Part shown: in pieces, positions 13,233-27,710 of the stretch
Layout of the letters: each line of letters begins with the position of its first letter
Numbering within the stretch: the stretch's first letter is position 1
From: the human T2T-CHM13v2.0 reference genome, Homo sapiens
Assembly (NCBI RefSeq): GCF_009914755.1
Contig: NC_060932.1
DNA length: 64,000 nucleotides
Reading direction: 5' to 3' (one strand)
The notes under the pieces: generated by a model
The model's database searches: none
What the model saw: only the letters and a program-made list of their open reading frames with translations
Told to the model about the DNA's origin: nothing
Position numbers and translations under genes: made by a program

Positions 13233-14324
13233 ATATATACATATACTCACACAAACACATATATATACATACACACCAATGAAAAATGCCATAGGCAGGG
13301 TATTCAATTGGCAATGACAAAGTTATCAGTATCATATTAATACTCCTAATATCATATTCTAGCCAGTGAGAACTCATTGCAAATATGATTTTTTCTGTAG
13401 AGTATTATTTGATTCCAAGTAACTTGTGAAGTAAGTTCATCCAAGCAAACTCAGAAAGAATTCAGTGATTTATATCCTATACAAATACTGATTACCTAAA
13501 TGTAAATATCACTCGTGAGCATTGCCCATAAATTGCAGTGTGCCCATGCACTCAATAGACAAATTTACTGAGGTCCTCTTATACACCAGGCAGTATTTCA
13601 GGAGCTGGAAATACAGCAGTGAACAAGAGATAAGAACCCCCGCCTTCATGAAGCTTTCATTCTAGATCTAGGAATCCAAATAAATATCAAGTTAATTGGA
13701 TTTTTGTCAATTTTTTTGCAAGGTTGGCACTGAAAGAAATTATTCCAGCTGCTCTGTGCATGACATGAGTTCAAGACAGGATATGGGGGATGCGAGAGGG
13801 CAGAAGACCCAGATCCTAGCTGTACTTCCATATACTACCTTAGCTCCTCTTTTTACGTCTCTGAGTCTCAGTTTGCTCATCTGTTCATTAAGTACTGGAT
13901 TGGAGCCTGACACATTACTCAATGCATAGTAGTTGAGGGGTGTTTGAAAATGTGTGGGGGTGGGGAAGCATTCTGGTTGACACAATCACTGAGTGGGCCC
14001 AGGAATGGTGAACATCCTTTATGTCACAGGACAAGCCTATCCCAGGGTCACGGAGCTCTTGACAGCAAAGATCGGCTGACTATGTTTGTGGTCCTTTCCC
14101 ATATGCCATGCTATTCCATTCTTTCTAGGATTGTCTAGGGTGTTATGATCCCTGATTTCTATTCATTTGCAGTAGGCTGGGTAAAGCAGTGGGCGTTTCT
14201 TTGAGGAGAAAACCATCTGCCAACATCCTCTCCTCTGAAAACGTCAGACTAGGTAAAGCAGGCAGCTTCTAGTTATCATTCTAAAGCTACCTAATTTTTC
14301 AACATGTCCCCCAGTTCCTTTTAG

Positions 14325-14666
<342 letters not shown>

Positions 14667-15239
14667 TAACTGAAATTAAAATAATCTTATCAACTAGATC
14701 TCATTTCTACTAGGATTTAGCTAATTTGAGCTAATTTGATTGTAGCTTGTTACAAAAAGGTATGTTAGTACAGTCCTGGTTTTGAGAAGATTTACAGCAT
14801 CCTTCTAATGCCTGAAGTGGATAATTACAAAATATGTTGCAGCCAAATCATTAATCCACAGAAAATAGGCAGTTTGTGGAAAGAATATGTGAAAAAAACC
14901 AAAAAGGTTAAGTAAGAAAATCTTATCACATACATAGTGTAGTTAAACAGTCATTCTCTTCTTCACTGATGAGCAGACATGATGCAATACTGCCCAAGAA
15001 GTTAAAATCAGACCTCTCTAGGTTAGACATATTATAAATGAAAGAAAGAATTGTCACATCCTACCAATTAGGTTGAAATGTCATCTTATTATCTCTGCCT
15101 CCTGCCCAAGTTTGGTGACGTTGTCATCTCTCTCTTTAGTTATTTAACCCCTAACCTGCCATTAAGACACATATTTGAGTGGCTGTGGGCGACACGACTG
15201 CAAATCATCCCAGAAAATTTCTTTTAACTAAATGGATGA

Positions 15240-16060
<821 letters not shown>

Positions 16061-16163
16061 TCAACTATACCTCTTGGTCAATCTCCAAAATAGGGCAGAG
16101 AATAGGAAGGGTTCTTTTTCACAGAGCTGATATTTAGAAGAAGAGATCAGGACCTGGACCCAC

Positions 16164-16282
16164 CTCCTCACAAAGCCACAGCAGCAGCAAGAGCTGGATT
16201 GGTCTCACTACTAGTGGAAGGTCAGGACCGGACCGGCAGATGGTCAGCTCCCCACATTTTATGCCTACTGCTCCCTTTATGT
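16164..16282 (-). other. CSGALNACT1: 5'UTR exon (119 nt), probably alternative
   Basis: Acceptor ttcttcccttctgtccttgaacctccag|ACATAAAGGG; donor GAGGAG|gtgggt; unique sequence lying between the two other leader exons. Confidence 0.75.
16222..16257 (-). other. uORF, 11 aa (MWGADHLPVRS*)
   Basis: Manual translation within exon 16164-16282; A at -3 (AAAATGT). Confidence 0.5.
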
Positions 16283-16645
16283 CTGGAGGTTCAAGGACAG
16301 AAGGGAAGAATTACTTAAATACACCCTAAGTACAGTCTATAAGCTAAAGACCAATAGACTTCAATTTTCATTTTAAACTTAGAAGTGTGAGCTATTCAAA
16401 ATAATTCACCATGAGACAAAATATAAGTATACTGTAAAAAATCAGTGATAGTCACTTATAGTCCTTTTTGGGCGTTTATATTCATCCATCTTCAATTTAT
16501 TCAACTGAAGTCCAACCGTGTAACAAAGATTAGGTAGGAACTTTGGCTACAAGCCAAACCATCTTAATTGTAGAAAGGAGAGTTAAAGAATGCTAATTTC
16601 ATTGTGGACTAGTAATTGACTGATAGGGATAAAAAATAAGCATTT

Positions 16646-16772
16646 AGGCTGTGTGGAGTGGCTCAAACCTGTAGTCCAGCACTTTGGGAGGCTGAGGCAG
16701 GAGGATCGCTTAAGCCCAGGAGTTTCAGACAAGCTTGGGCAACATAGTGAGATTCCTCTCCACAAAAAAAAA
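16646..16772 (+). mobile_element. FLAM-type Alu monomer
   Basis: Single monomer (gaggcaggaggatcgcttaagcccaggag) with an A-tail. Confidence 0.85.
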
Positions 16773-17471
16773 TGTAAATATAAAGATAAAATAATATAAA
16801 GGGATAAAAGCAATTCTTATTAGTTTTAGGGAGAAAATGTAGCTATATTTAGTATTTAATATATTACAGTATTTGCTATATTATAGTATTTTTAAAAATC
16901 TGCCATCACCTTAATTGCATCATCAAAATTAACACTGTCAATGAGGAATAGATGTGATACCTTGATAAGAACACATCATTTATGTAGAATTCCTGTTCAG
17001 CATGTATAACCTGAATCCAATTACAAGAATCACTCATCTAACCCAAAATGAAAAACAGCCTTTAAAAGAAAAAAAAAGATTGTGTACTTCAAAAACATTT
17101 TCACAAAAGACAAAGAAACGCTATGAAAATGCTTCAGGTTAAAGGAATATAGAGACGTAATAACTAAATGCAATCCCTGATGTTAGTACTAGAGGGGAAA
17201 ATAGTTTAAAGGACATTAAGTCAATTTACAAAACCAGAACCCAGTACATTAGGCAAATTCAAATAAATGTTAAGTTTACTGATGCTGATACTTGCACTTT
17301 TGTTATATAAGAAAATATCCTTATTCTTAGGAAATATACCACTTAGCAGGAAAGGGCTATGATGTATACACTTATTCTCAAATGGTTCAGATAAAATAGT
17401 ATATATATTTATTTATGTACGTATATACATGAGGGGGAACAAAGAGACAAATAGCATGGATAAAAAGCAAA

Positions 17472-17797
17472 TGAGCAGGGTATAGTGGCCCATGCCTGTA
17501 ATCCCAGCATTCCAGGACTTCAAGGCAGGTGGATCACTTGAGCCCAGGAGTTTGAGACCAGCGTGGGCACCATGGCAAAACTCAGTCTCTACAAAAGATA
17601 CAAAAAATTTAGGCAGATGTAGTGGTACACACCTGCTGTCCCAGCTACTTAGGAGGCTAGGGTGGGAGGATCTCATGAGCCTGGAAGGCAGAGGCTGCAG
17701 TGAGCCAAGATCGCACCACTGTGCCACTGCACCACTGCACTCTGGCCTGGGGGACAAAGACAGACCCTGTCTCTAATGAAAAAAAAATTTAAAAAAA
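17472..17797 (+). mobile_element. Alu (AluJ-like)
   Basis: Dimer; small ccactgy triplication near the 3' end. Confidence 0.9.
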
Positions 17798-17887
17798 GGG
17801 AAATGATGTAAAATGTTAACAACAGGTCAATCTAAGTAAAGAACACATAAGTTCTTTGTACTATTCTTATTTTTGCAACTTTCTTAT

Positions 17888-18040
17888 ACAGACCATACCC
17901 CACTACAGTGGTTCAAATTACAATTTTTCTACTTTACATTGGGTTTAACAGGGTATTAAATGCTTTTTGACTTACAATATTTTTGACTTACAATAGGCTT
18001 ATCCAGATATAACAGCATCATTAAGTCAAAGAACATCTGT
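17888..18040 (-). mobile_element. Tigger-derived MITE (MER47-like)
   Basis: gtattaaatgctttttgacttacaatatttttgacttac...aagtcaaagaacatctg, flanked by TA. Confidence 0.65.
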
Positions 18041-19572
18041 AATTTGAAATTATTTCCAAATATTTTCAGTAAGTAAAATGTCTATGTGGCACTCTGGAGT
18101 ACAAGAAGCTAACTGCTTCAGTAACTAAATAGGATGCCTGCACCACAGCTAAAGAATGTACGATATGTATCAGAAATACGTGGGCTTAATGACAGGATGT
18201 TCACTGTCAATCAATAGTGTGATGGTACCAAAGCACATAAACGCAAGTTCTCAGTCATCAGCCTGCTGAAGACTGTGCACTAAGTGATGTGCAGGAACAG
18301 TGAAAAGAACTGAAGATACCAAACTTAAATGAACAAGATATATAGGGACCTTACTGGTAAGGTTCACCATATGCAAGTGAAGTCTGCATCATTTTGTGGT
18401 CCTCCTGGGGCACCACAACAGCTAGGCTCCTCAAATGATTCTGCTCTGTAGGTCTGGAGTGGGGCCTGGGGCCCAATGGCTCTCAAGTGCCCCAGAAGAT
18501 AGCTGCAGATGGCCCACGGACTACACTAGGGCCATCTGCAGGTTCTAGATGACCCTTTGCATGCTGGGAAGCCCCAGCTCCCATTAATGTACAATGATTT
18601 GTTCTTTTGAGGAAGTCTGTAGATTTCTTTACAGGGTATGAATAACATCAGGAAGGGTGGTTTTCATCTTAAATCAAATGAGCTGAAGACTCAGTACAGA
18701 GAAAAAGATCCTTGAGGTTAAAGGACACTGTGCAGCTCCTCTCATTCTGCCCAGAAAATTCCTACACATGCTCCAAGAATTCTGCTCAAGCATCACTTTT
18801 TGGGACTGATTCCTACATTCCTTCCCTTGAGGGCTGGATGAGAGCCCACTTATTGCTCCACAAGCCCATCTGTCTCAAGACCCTTCTCAACCTTGTGCTG
18901 AAACTTAATTTTCCTTCCCTGTCTCTCCCTCTAGGCTGCTTCAGGATGGAAGGAGAAGGACTGGAATGGTGACTTGGAGACAGAATATCAGAACTCAGCT
19001 GGGGACATCATGAATTGAGGGTGCTGGTGGAATATGCCATGAAGATGGTCAGGAGTGTGCATCTCAGAGGAGTGGTTTGAGCTGAGGGTACATATTTGAC
19101 GTCAGCAGTTTGGATAAAAGTTCACCACTTACAACAGAAGCAACTACACAGGTGAAAGAGAATGAGAAGAACAGAAAAACATGGACTGCTAGAGAACATC
19201 AGTATTTAAGGCACGGAAAAGGAGATTATGAAGAAACAGCTAGAGGTGTATGAAAAAACTACCAGAGTTTATTGTCACAATATAGAAATAAGGCAAGGGA
19301 AGTGAGAGTCTCAAGGACAGTGGTCAAAGTGCCAAATGATGGAGAGAAATCAAGGAATACCTAATATGTGTAATCCGGCACTCAATACTAAAAATATGAG
19401 TTAAAGTACGTGGTATCAAATTACAGTGAGACGAACAATAACATTGAGACTCAAACACACAAGGACCTCAAAGGAAGAAAAGTTAGGTGACCATTTACCA
19501 AAGAAAGAACTCAAGCTGCCCACATGCAATTAGCTAGTCCACACCCAGGCACCGTCTTCATTCCAACTTTAG

Positions 19573-19931
<359 letters not shown>

Positions 19932-20637
19932 TAAGGTTGGCTATTCACACGTGTTATAAAGTTAGAAAACACATTTGATGATAGAAGTAGCCCTGTCTGC
20001 AAGTTTTTATCGTATATGAGATTTTGTGTCTGCGGGCTCCCCATCAATTCTGTTGGACATTCTTCCAATAGATTCCTTTCCTGCTTAAGTAAGCCTCATT
20101 GATTTCTGTTTCTTGTACCTAAGAATCCTAAATAAAAATCGGCATTTTATTTTACTAATAAAATTTTAAAACTTAACTATCATTAATTTTGTTAACCATC
20201 CCGTTTTAAATTTTATTAAGAAAAAAAGGCTAGAACCTCAAAGTAAAGGTTATCCCTTTAGAGCGAGTATTAGCTCTTTGAGAACAACATGCTATTTTTC
20301 TCATTTCTCTGTGGATGACTGAGACTTTCACCAGAGACTGGATTCCAATCCAAGAATTGGTACTTGGTAACCACAAAGCACATTTAAAGTCCAACACGCA
20401 GTAACAAGTCTCAATATATGTTTGTGAGTTCAGAACATACAACTCTTTATTAAAACATTTAAGGGTAAACACTAATATTTCAAATTACCATTTATTTTAA
20501 GAACTTAAATATGATTTTCATGAAAAAATTAAAGTATCAGCTTGGATTAGATATGTGCCCAGTGGAAGAGATGAATTTTCTTTTCTCTGGGGGACTTGAC
20601 TATATGATCATATTTGTAATGTTAAAAAAAAAAATCT

Positions 20638-20715
20638 GGCCAGACATGGTGGCTCACACCTGTAATCCCAGCACTTTGGGAGGCCAAGGCAGGACCCTGT
20701 TTCAAAAACAAAAAT
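20638..20715 (+). mobile_element. Internally deleted Alu / short monomer
   Basis: Alu 5' ~55 nt joined directly to gaccctgtttcaaaaac. Confidence 0.8.
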
Positions 20716-20865
20716 TTAAGTAACAATTGAACTGTTTGTTTCCAGAGGTTATAATTCTTTCCTTTGTCTACCCTCCACTCTAATTTTCACTCCCTCTCTT
20801 ATTCCAGACTTCTCTGCACAACTCCATCAGATTCTTGCCTCCCTTTCTCATTTTCAGTTAATGTA

Positions 20866-21169
20866 TTTTTTTTTTTTTTTTTTGAGACAGGGTCTCACTC
20901 TGTCACCCAGGCTATAGTCCAGTGATGTGATCTCAGCTCACTACAGTCTCAACCTTTCTGGCTCAAGGGATCCTCCGACTCTAGCCTCCCAAGTGGCTGT
21001 GACTACAGGCACATGCCACCACACCGAGCTAATTTTTAAAAATATTTTTATAGAGACAGGGGTCTTGTCATGTTGCCTCGGTTGGTCTTGAACTCCTGAG
21101 CTCAAGCAATTTGTCTGCCTTGGCCTTCCAGAGTGTTGAGATTATAGGTGTGAGCCACCGTGCCCAGCC
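20866..21169 (-). mobile_element. Alu (AluJ-like)
   Basis: Reverse dimer; ctcattttcagtt is repeated on both sides. Confidence 0.9.
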
Positions 21170-21809
21170 TCATTTTCAGTTCCTCAGGAAAGGTATCACA
21201 TTGTGGGTCAGAAACTGACTGAAAAGAGAGCTACTTCCTATGTGTCAGCTGAACATTCTGAAATTGCATTCTTTCAGACACCAGTGTGATATTGACAGTT
21301 TTAGAGTCATGATTTTCCACAAGAAAGGACTGTTAGTGTGATGAGGGGGAAAATGAAAAAGCCTAAAGCAGTTGGCTTCTTATGAACAATCAAATCAAAC
21401 CCTGGAGTGTGTCACGCCCTCTGCTTGTGACAGAACAAACATTTCTGCTCTTAATCACAAAAGTAATTTTTAAGTATCATACAAGTATTTCTGATAAGCA
21501 AAAAGATCCTATTATCTTTGCTGAAGAAAAACAAGTGAGAAAGAGAGTAATTCTGAATCATGTTTTAACTGCAAATATAGGCCACAAATTGTAAGAAAAA
21601 AAAAAAAGACAACAAAGTCTAAAATTAAGTCCCAAAGATCTTACCACTGTAAATACATTTTTTCATACATAACACATTTTGGAATAAAAAGTGATTTAAA
21701 AATCTAAGCAAAGGAAAAATAAAGCTCAAACCATGAACTCTAAAAAATCTAATTCCTTTCAATTATTTTTACTTTTAAAGGATAATCATTATAAAAATAG
21801 ACACTTTGA

Positions 21810-22280
21810 CTTTTTATTTTTAATTGTAAAATTCATGTAATGAAATTTACCATCTTAACCATTTTTAAGTATACAGTCCAGTAGCATTAAATACAGTCAC
21901 AGTTTTCTACTGCTAAATTCATTCACTGTTATGCAACCAAACTCCACATCTTTTTCATCTTGCATAACTGTAACTCCGTACCCATTAAACAAGTGCCCAT
22001 TCTTGCCTCCCACAGCCCCTGACACCTCTCATTCTATTTTCTGTCTCTATAAATGTGACCACTCTAGGGACCACATATTAGTGGAATCACACAGTATTTG
22101 TCATACTGCGACTGGCTAATTTCACAAAGCATCATGTCTCAAACTGCATCCATATTTTAGTAGGTGTCAGAATTTCTCTCCTTTTTAAGGCTGAAAAATA
22201 TTCCATTGTATGGATATACATACTGCATTTCGTGTATCCATTCATCTGTTAATGGATATTGGGTTGGGGCTGCCTCTATC
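21810..22280 (-). mobile_element. L1MB-like 3' fragment
   Basis: aaatttaccatcttaaccatttttaagt...tccattcatctgttaatggatattggg. Confidence 0.8.
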
Positions 22281-22281
22281 T

Positions 22282-22606
22282 TCTTTCTTTTTTTTTTTTT
22301 TTTTTTTTTTTTTTGGAGAGGAGGTCTTGCTGTGTCACCCAAGCTAGAGTGCAGTGATGTGATCATAGCTCACTGCAGACTCAGTCTCCTGGGCTCAAGC
22401 AATCCTCCCGCCTTTGCTCCCAAGTAGCTGGGACTACAGGCATGAGCCACCAAGCCTAGCTAATTTTATTTATTTATTTATTTTTGTAGAGATGGGGTCT
22501 TCTCACTATGTTTCCCAGGCTGGCCTTGAACTCCTGAGCTCAAGTGATCCTCCCACCTCACCTCCCAGAGTGTTCCGATTACAGGTGTGAGCCACAGCAC
22601 TCAGCC
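22282..22606 (-). mobile_element. Alu (AluJ-like)
   Basis: Reverse dimer with a long T tract. Confidence 0.9.
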
Positions 22607-24131
22607 TTCACTTATTTTTAAACAATTAATTTAACTAAGCAGGCAAAGTGCCGGAGTCCGATCCCTTGCCTCCAAGGCAGCAGAGAAAATACAGATGTTA
22701 AAAGGAAGTAGGGGAAAGGCTGGTACACCGTCAAATGTGCAGCAAATGATGATAACATTGCTAGCTTCTGATGAGGGTCTTCAGACACCAGCAACTCCTT
22801 CAAACCTTTGTTTGTGAAGTAGGAACATACATATGCTAGATGCTAAAAATGCAGAGACCATGCCTAGTTTGAGGGCCAGATGGCCAAAGGGCAAACATCT
22901 AACCAGTAAATAATTATGAACAATAGGGAAAATAAGGCAATAGAGAGAGGCACACAATGGCCCAGCCCCATCCCAGCCTGGGGCTCAGCAAAGGCTCCCC
23001 CCTTACCTGCCTCCCAAGATAAGTCTCAGGCATGGAGTGAGAATCTGGAGGGTCAAGAGGAAGGGGAAGGCACTGCAGATATGGGACAGCAGAATAAGAC
23101 ATGGAGGAGAGAAGGTGAAGCACAGGCTTGGAGGTAGAACCCAACTCAATGAAAAGGGAATCCCAATAGCAGAGCTCAAAACAGAATGGGAAAGACAGCA
23201 ACAACACCTGATTAAGGGTCAATCAACAGGAAATAAAAACCTACTGGAAGGCATGCATCACCGGATACCCATTCATGTGCCAGTATGAACCTCCTGGAGT
23301 AGCCTCATCTGCAGAAAACCAATGGTGGCCCAGGAGTATAAATTAAAATTGAAGCAGTGAAAGGTGACACTGATTAAAAGCTTACAGACTTTATGGCACC
23401 CCTCATTCCATTCAACGAAAATATTTTAAAAGTCTAAAACACATCCAAAGGAAGGCCACTTTATAAAATCCAAACTGTTACTTTTCTCTGGCTTTTCAAA
23501 TAGGAGCAACTTGCCCAGTTAGTACATTAGAGTTTTATATTATTATTTACTTATAACATCTGCTTCCTTCCAAAAATGATTGCGTCAGCTACTATTTTAT
23601 GTTATTTGCTAGTCATGCTTCACAGACTAGCGGAACTGCAAAGGGCCTATAAGCTTATGTGTCTACAAACAGTTTTTACCCCCAGATGCTCCAGAAGGAG
23701 CTGGATCACCAAAATGGGAAAGGAAAGTTCTGCGCCCTGCTCAGGGGTGAGTTCAGGAGACGACTGCGCAAACAATAATGACAATGCAATGACACGTGCC
23801 CATAAGAAGAATGTGGGTGGTGCCAGAGGACTAAGTGGAGCCATCTTCAGGTAGGAGACATCCCTTTATTCACTTTTCCATTCATTCACTCGCTCATTCA
23901 TTCTTTTGTTTGGTGCCTTATAAGAGCCAGGCACTGGTCCTCAAGCTAGAGTACAGGAACACACTACCATTGAGGTGAGGTTTGAAGCTCCCTGGTCAGT
24001 GATGAGAAGAAAGTATGCTAGGTAGAGAGAGTGTGGACACCAACACAGCTTCAAGGAGTGACAGCTGGGGAGGAGTGAGCAGAAGGGCCAGAGGTGGGAG
24101 ACAGGAACAGGTGGAGACAAAAGCACAGGTC

Positions 24132-24204
24132 GGGGAGGGGGAGCACAGAGAGCTAGTGTCAGGGGAGGGGGAGCACAGAGAGCTAGCATCAGGGGACAGG
24201 AGCA
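24132..24204 (+). repeat. 30-bp G-rich tandem repeat (~2.4 copies)
   Basis: ggggagggggagcacagagagctagyrtca x2 plus a partial copy. Confidence 0.85.
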
Positions 24205-24351
24205 TGGAGAGCCAACAGCACATCTTTTCTTTGATAGGAGGAAAGCAATTAAGGATTTGGAAATGTGGTTCCATTTCGTGGTAGGGAGAGGCAGGAAATA
24301 TATCAGTGAGCAGTGACAAGATACAAGGTGGCCGTAAAAATTGTGAGCAGA

Positions 24352-24402
24352 GGCCAAGCATGGTGGCTCACACCTGTAATCCCAGCACTTTGGGAGGCCA
24401 AG
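24352..24402 (+). mobile_element. Alu 5' fragment fused to a purine microsatellite
   Basis: ggccaagcatggtggctcacacctgtaatcccagcactttgggaggccaagg. Confidence 0.85.
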
Positions 24403-24475
24403 GAAAAAGGAAAGAAAGGAAGGAAGGAAGGAAAGGAAGAAAGAAAAAGAAAAAGAAAAGAAAGAAAGAAAGAAA

Positions 24476-24535
<60 letters not shown>

Positions 24536-24636
24536 AAAGAAAGAAAAAGAAGGAAAGAAAGAAGGAAAGGGAAAGAAAGAAAGAGAGAGAAAGGAAAGGA
24601 GGAAGGAAAGAAGGAAAGAAAGAATAAATAAATAAG
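24400..24636 (+). repeat. Complex (GAAA/GGAA)n STR containing (GAAA)15 at 24478-24537
   Basis: Uninterrupted purines 24400-24624, then (TAAA)n. Confidence 0.95.
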
Positions 24637-25083
24637 TAGTCCAAAGCTGATTAAGGTCTACTTGGGCAAATGCAAAGTTATAGGATGTTTCTGCTCTAAA
24701 GTTAAAGCTACCACAGTAGCAGGACAGGGAACACTTGGGGAACCTGGGAAGCCCTTGTTTTCCCAGAACTGCTCCTTACTTTTATAGACTCAGGGCTTGA
24801 ACATCCTTCAGCAGCAGAACTTCACCAGACTTGAAAGAAACCAACGTGCACATTGAGAAGACAGCAAATGAGTTGTTTCCTTTCTTTTTGGGCAGACAAA
24901 CCTACCCCACACCCAGTGCATGCTTGGCAATCACAGGATCCCAGCAAGGGGAGTTAATTGTTCCATTCAAACATTTAGTAGCATTAGGCCATAAGTTGTG
25001 CAGTAGGGATAGCCTTGTGTGTTAAACATATCCTTCATAGAGCTTGCTCCACCATGGTTCATTCTTGGTCAATTGCTGCTCAC

Positions 25084-25389
<306 letters not shown>

Positions 25390-26780
25390 TACTTCTCTAT
25401 TTTGTAAAGTTTATTTTGACTGTTTTCTGGCATTATCTCAAGGTCTTACTAATTATGGTCTACATGGGGTTGTAATGACATTGCTCTCTTTTGTATCATC
25501 CAAGTAATTCTCAAAAACATTAAACATCACAAGGCCCAAGATTAGGACAGTTCCATACGCCCTTCAAGTTGACCCTGAATTACTTAAGCCTCTTAACCAC
25601 TTGACTTTCTACTTAGGAAAGGATTTGGGAGGAATTCTCCTTCAGTTATTTTTGTTTGTATTATTAACTTTCAGCCAAGGTTTTTTTTATTTTTTCTATT
25701 GTTAGTAACTGAAATACAGTTCTTTATGAAACTCCACACACCCTCATTTAAGTACAGGGCAGTTCATTAATGCAAAATCAAATCATTAACTACTCTGGCT
25801 TCCATTATTTTATCTTAATAGTGTGACAAAAGTTTTTGGAAAAAAAAAAAAAGCAAAACCATCAAGCAAACCTCTATAGACATTTGTTAAATGAAGGAGG
25901 AAGGTGAAGGGGGCTTTCTGAAGATATGTATATGCTGAGTGCAGCTTACCTATTTTCATTTTTATGCCTATTGAATTACTTCTAGAAAAAAAAAAGACTC
26001 TCTGCTGAAGCTTGGAACCATATATACAGCTTCCTGTTTCATACCATTGCATGTCAACATTAATGATATTTTACAGTACTTGTTTTATTTTGTATTTTTT
26101 AAGTTTAGTCTTATCAGATGTAATAAAACATCTTATTGCATAGAAACTCAAAATTACTGGTTACAAGAGCAGAACTAAAACAACATTCCAGAGATTTTCA
26201 TTTGTCCCCGGACTAAAACCAAGCTTCCAATCCGTAAGGGCACTATTCTCAAAGAGCTCTAGACAGTGTCCCTCTAAGACACCATATGTCAGAAAGAAAG
26301 CTCATTCTTCAATTTCCAAAACCATGGTATTTAAATAATTATTTTCTAGCAAAGTCAAAATTAGAGTACCTATTTGATGACAGGGTGACTATTTTAAAAA
26401 GCTCAGTATTCTGTCCCAATTTCCAATGGGAGAACAAATGTCCCTATGTAAGCGAACTGTTTCAAAAAGATGTAGCTCTTCCAGCTCTATGATTGGTTTA
26501 AGTCACTTGCCACTCTGAGAAGAGATAAATCCTTAAAAAGTTGGGAAAGTTAGATGTAGATGTAGATGTTACAGCCTTTAAAAAGTGAATGAAAAGGATT
26601 CAATGGAGCCAAGTAATTGTATTATTTTGGAAGAAGTATCATTCTCTTGAAGTAATAACTTGTTACTAATCAAGCTATTGACAGTAGAATGAAATTTCAT
26701 ACATTTCAAACACATCCAGAATATTGAACACAAAGCAGACCATGCAAAGGTTTGTTTCTTGAGTGAAAATGCTCACTTAC

Positions 26781-26875
26781 CTGGGGGTTCAAGAAGGGAA
26801 GGTTAGGAGGTGGCTACATCATTGCTCCTCTGGGTCAAAATTACCTTGGCGTCTTTCCTTGAAATAGGAAGGCAG
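26781..26875 (-). other. CSGALNACT1: 5'UTR exon (95 nt) with an internal alternative donor giving a 31-nt form (26845-26875)
   Basis: Acceptor ttttgtttttattttattttag|CTGCC; donor CCCCAG|gtaagt (consensus); internal donor GCCAAG|gtaatt; sequence recognised from the mRNA leader. Confidence 0.88.
26814..26822 (-). other. Minimal uORF ATG-ATG-TAG in the 5'UTR exon
   Basis: Minus strand GAGCA ATG ATG TAG CC. Confidence 0.6.
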
Positions 26876-27159
26876 CTAAAATAAAATAAAAACAAAAGGC
26901 AACCCTTGTAAATTTCCATGTCTTAAATGTATGTGGTATTACAAAATGGGAACATTTTAAATCACTTAGTATATAAAATACAATGCATCTGAAAGTATTA
27001 CCCCAAAAAGCAGGATGGTATTTGTTCTCTCCCTGTTTCAATGAATAAAATGCAAACTATTTGTTTAAAAAAAAATCAAGGCTTTAAACAGTGATAACCA
27101 TGTCTAAAGGTGTCTAAAAATGAAGCTGAACATTTTCATGTGAAAAAGAGCAAATCAAA

Positions 27160-27710
27160 AAAGCCGATCTCGCAGGAAAGAAACGTGCCCAGCTGCCAGC
27201 GAGCCGCTTCCTAACTCGCAGCTCTGCTTCCAATGCTCTGACAGCGCTGAAGTCACACTGGGGTTTCCAGGTTGGGGTCAGGAGGGAAAGTGCTGCCCCC
27301 CTCTGCAAGGACTGTGTTCAGCGCCACCACTTAAAAAAAACGGTTTCATGAAATGAAATGTTAAAAAATAAAAAATTTCCTTTTTTCCCCAGAGAAGGTA
27401 AGAGCGCACACGCTGGAAAACGGTGGGAGCAGGGAGGAACGACCGCCTTCCCGAAGCACCGCAGGGTTCGCCGCACAACGCCGCTGGTGAGGACCGAGCG
27501 CATCTGCCCACAGCGCCCCAGCCGCGCCTGGAGCCTCCCGCTCCCCAGGGAGAACGGTGGGCGCGTCCCAGGGAACACGACACCCAAGGAGAGGGCGGGC
27601 GCGAGTCCCACCGGGTGACCCGCTCCCTGGGGGGCGTGAAGCCCCCAGACCTGCCCTGCCCCTGCCTGGAGATTGCGCCTTGCAGGGAGTGACAACGGGC
27701 CCCAGCCGTC
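27160..27710 (-). promoter_or_regulatory. CSGALNACT1: CpG island / internal alternative promoter and first-exon region
   Basis: The main GC- and CpG-dense unique stretch in the window (core 27400-27700); GC box GAGGGCGGGC at 27591-27600; about 0.3-0.8 kb upstream of the 26875 acceptor. The first-exon donor could not be assigned. Confidence 0.75.

Larger units (their letters stand above)
16900..18065 (+). mobile_element. Old L1M 3'-end fragment interrupted by an Alu and a MER47-type element
   Basis: L1MC/ME-like 3'UTR motifs (aactaaatgcaat; attctcaaatggttcag; ttctttgtactattctt..gcaactttc). Confidence 0.6.

Noticed and set aside
24303-24644. K/E/R-rich and F/L/S-rich ORFs of ~105-113 aa
   Set aside because: They are translations of the (GAAA)n microsatellite.
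27290-27308. CTCF-like AGGGGGCAGC
   Set aside because: The 5' half of the motif does not match the CCASY consensus.
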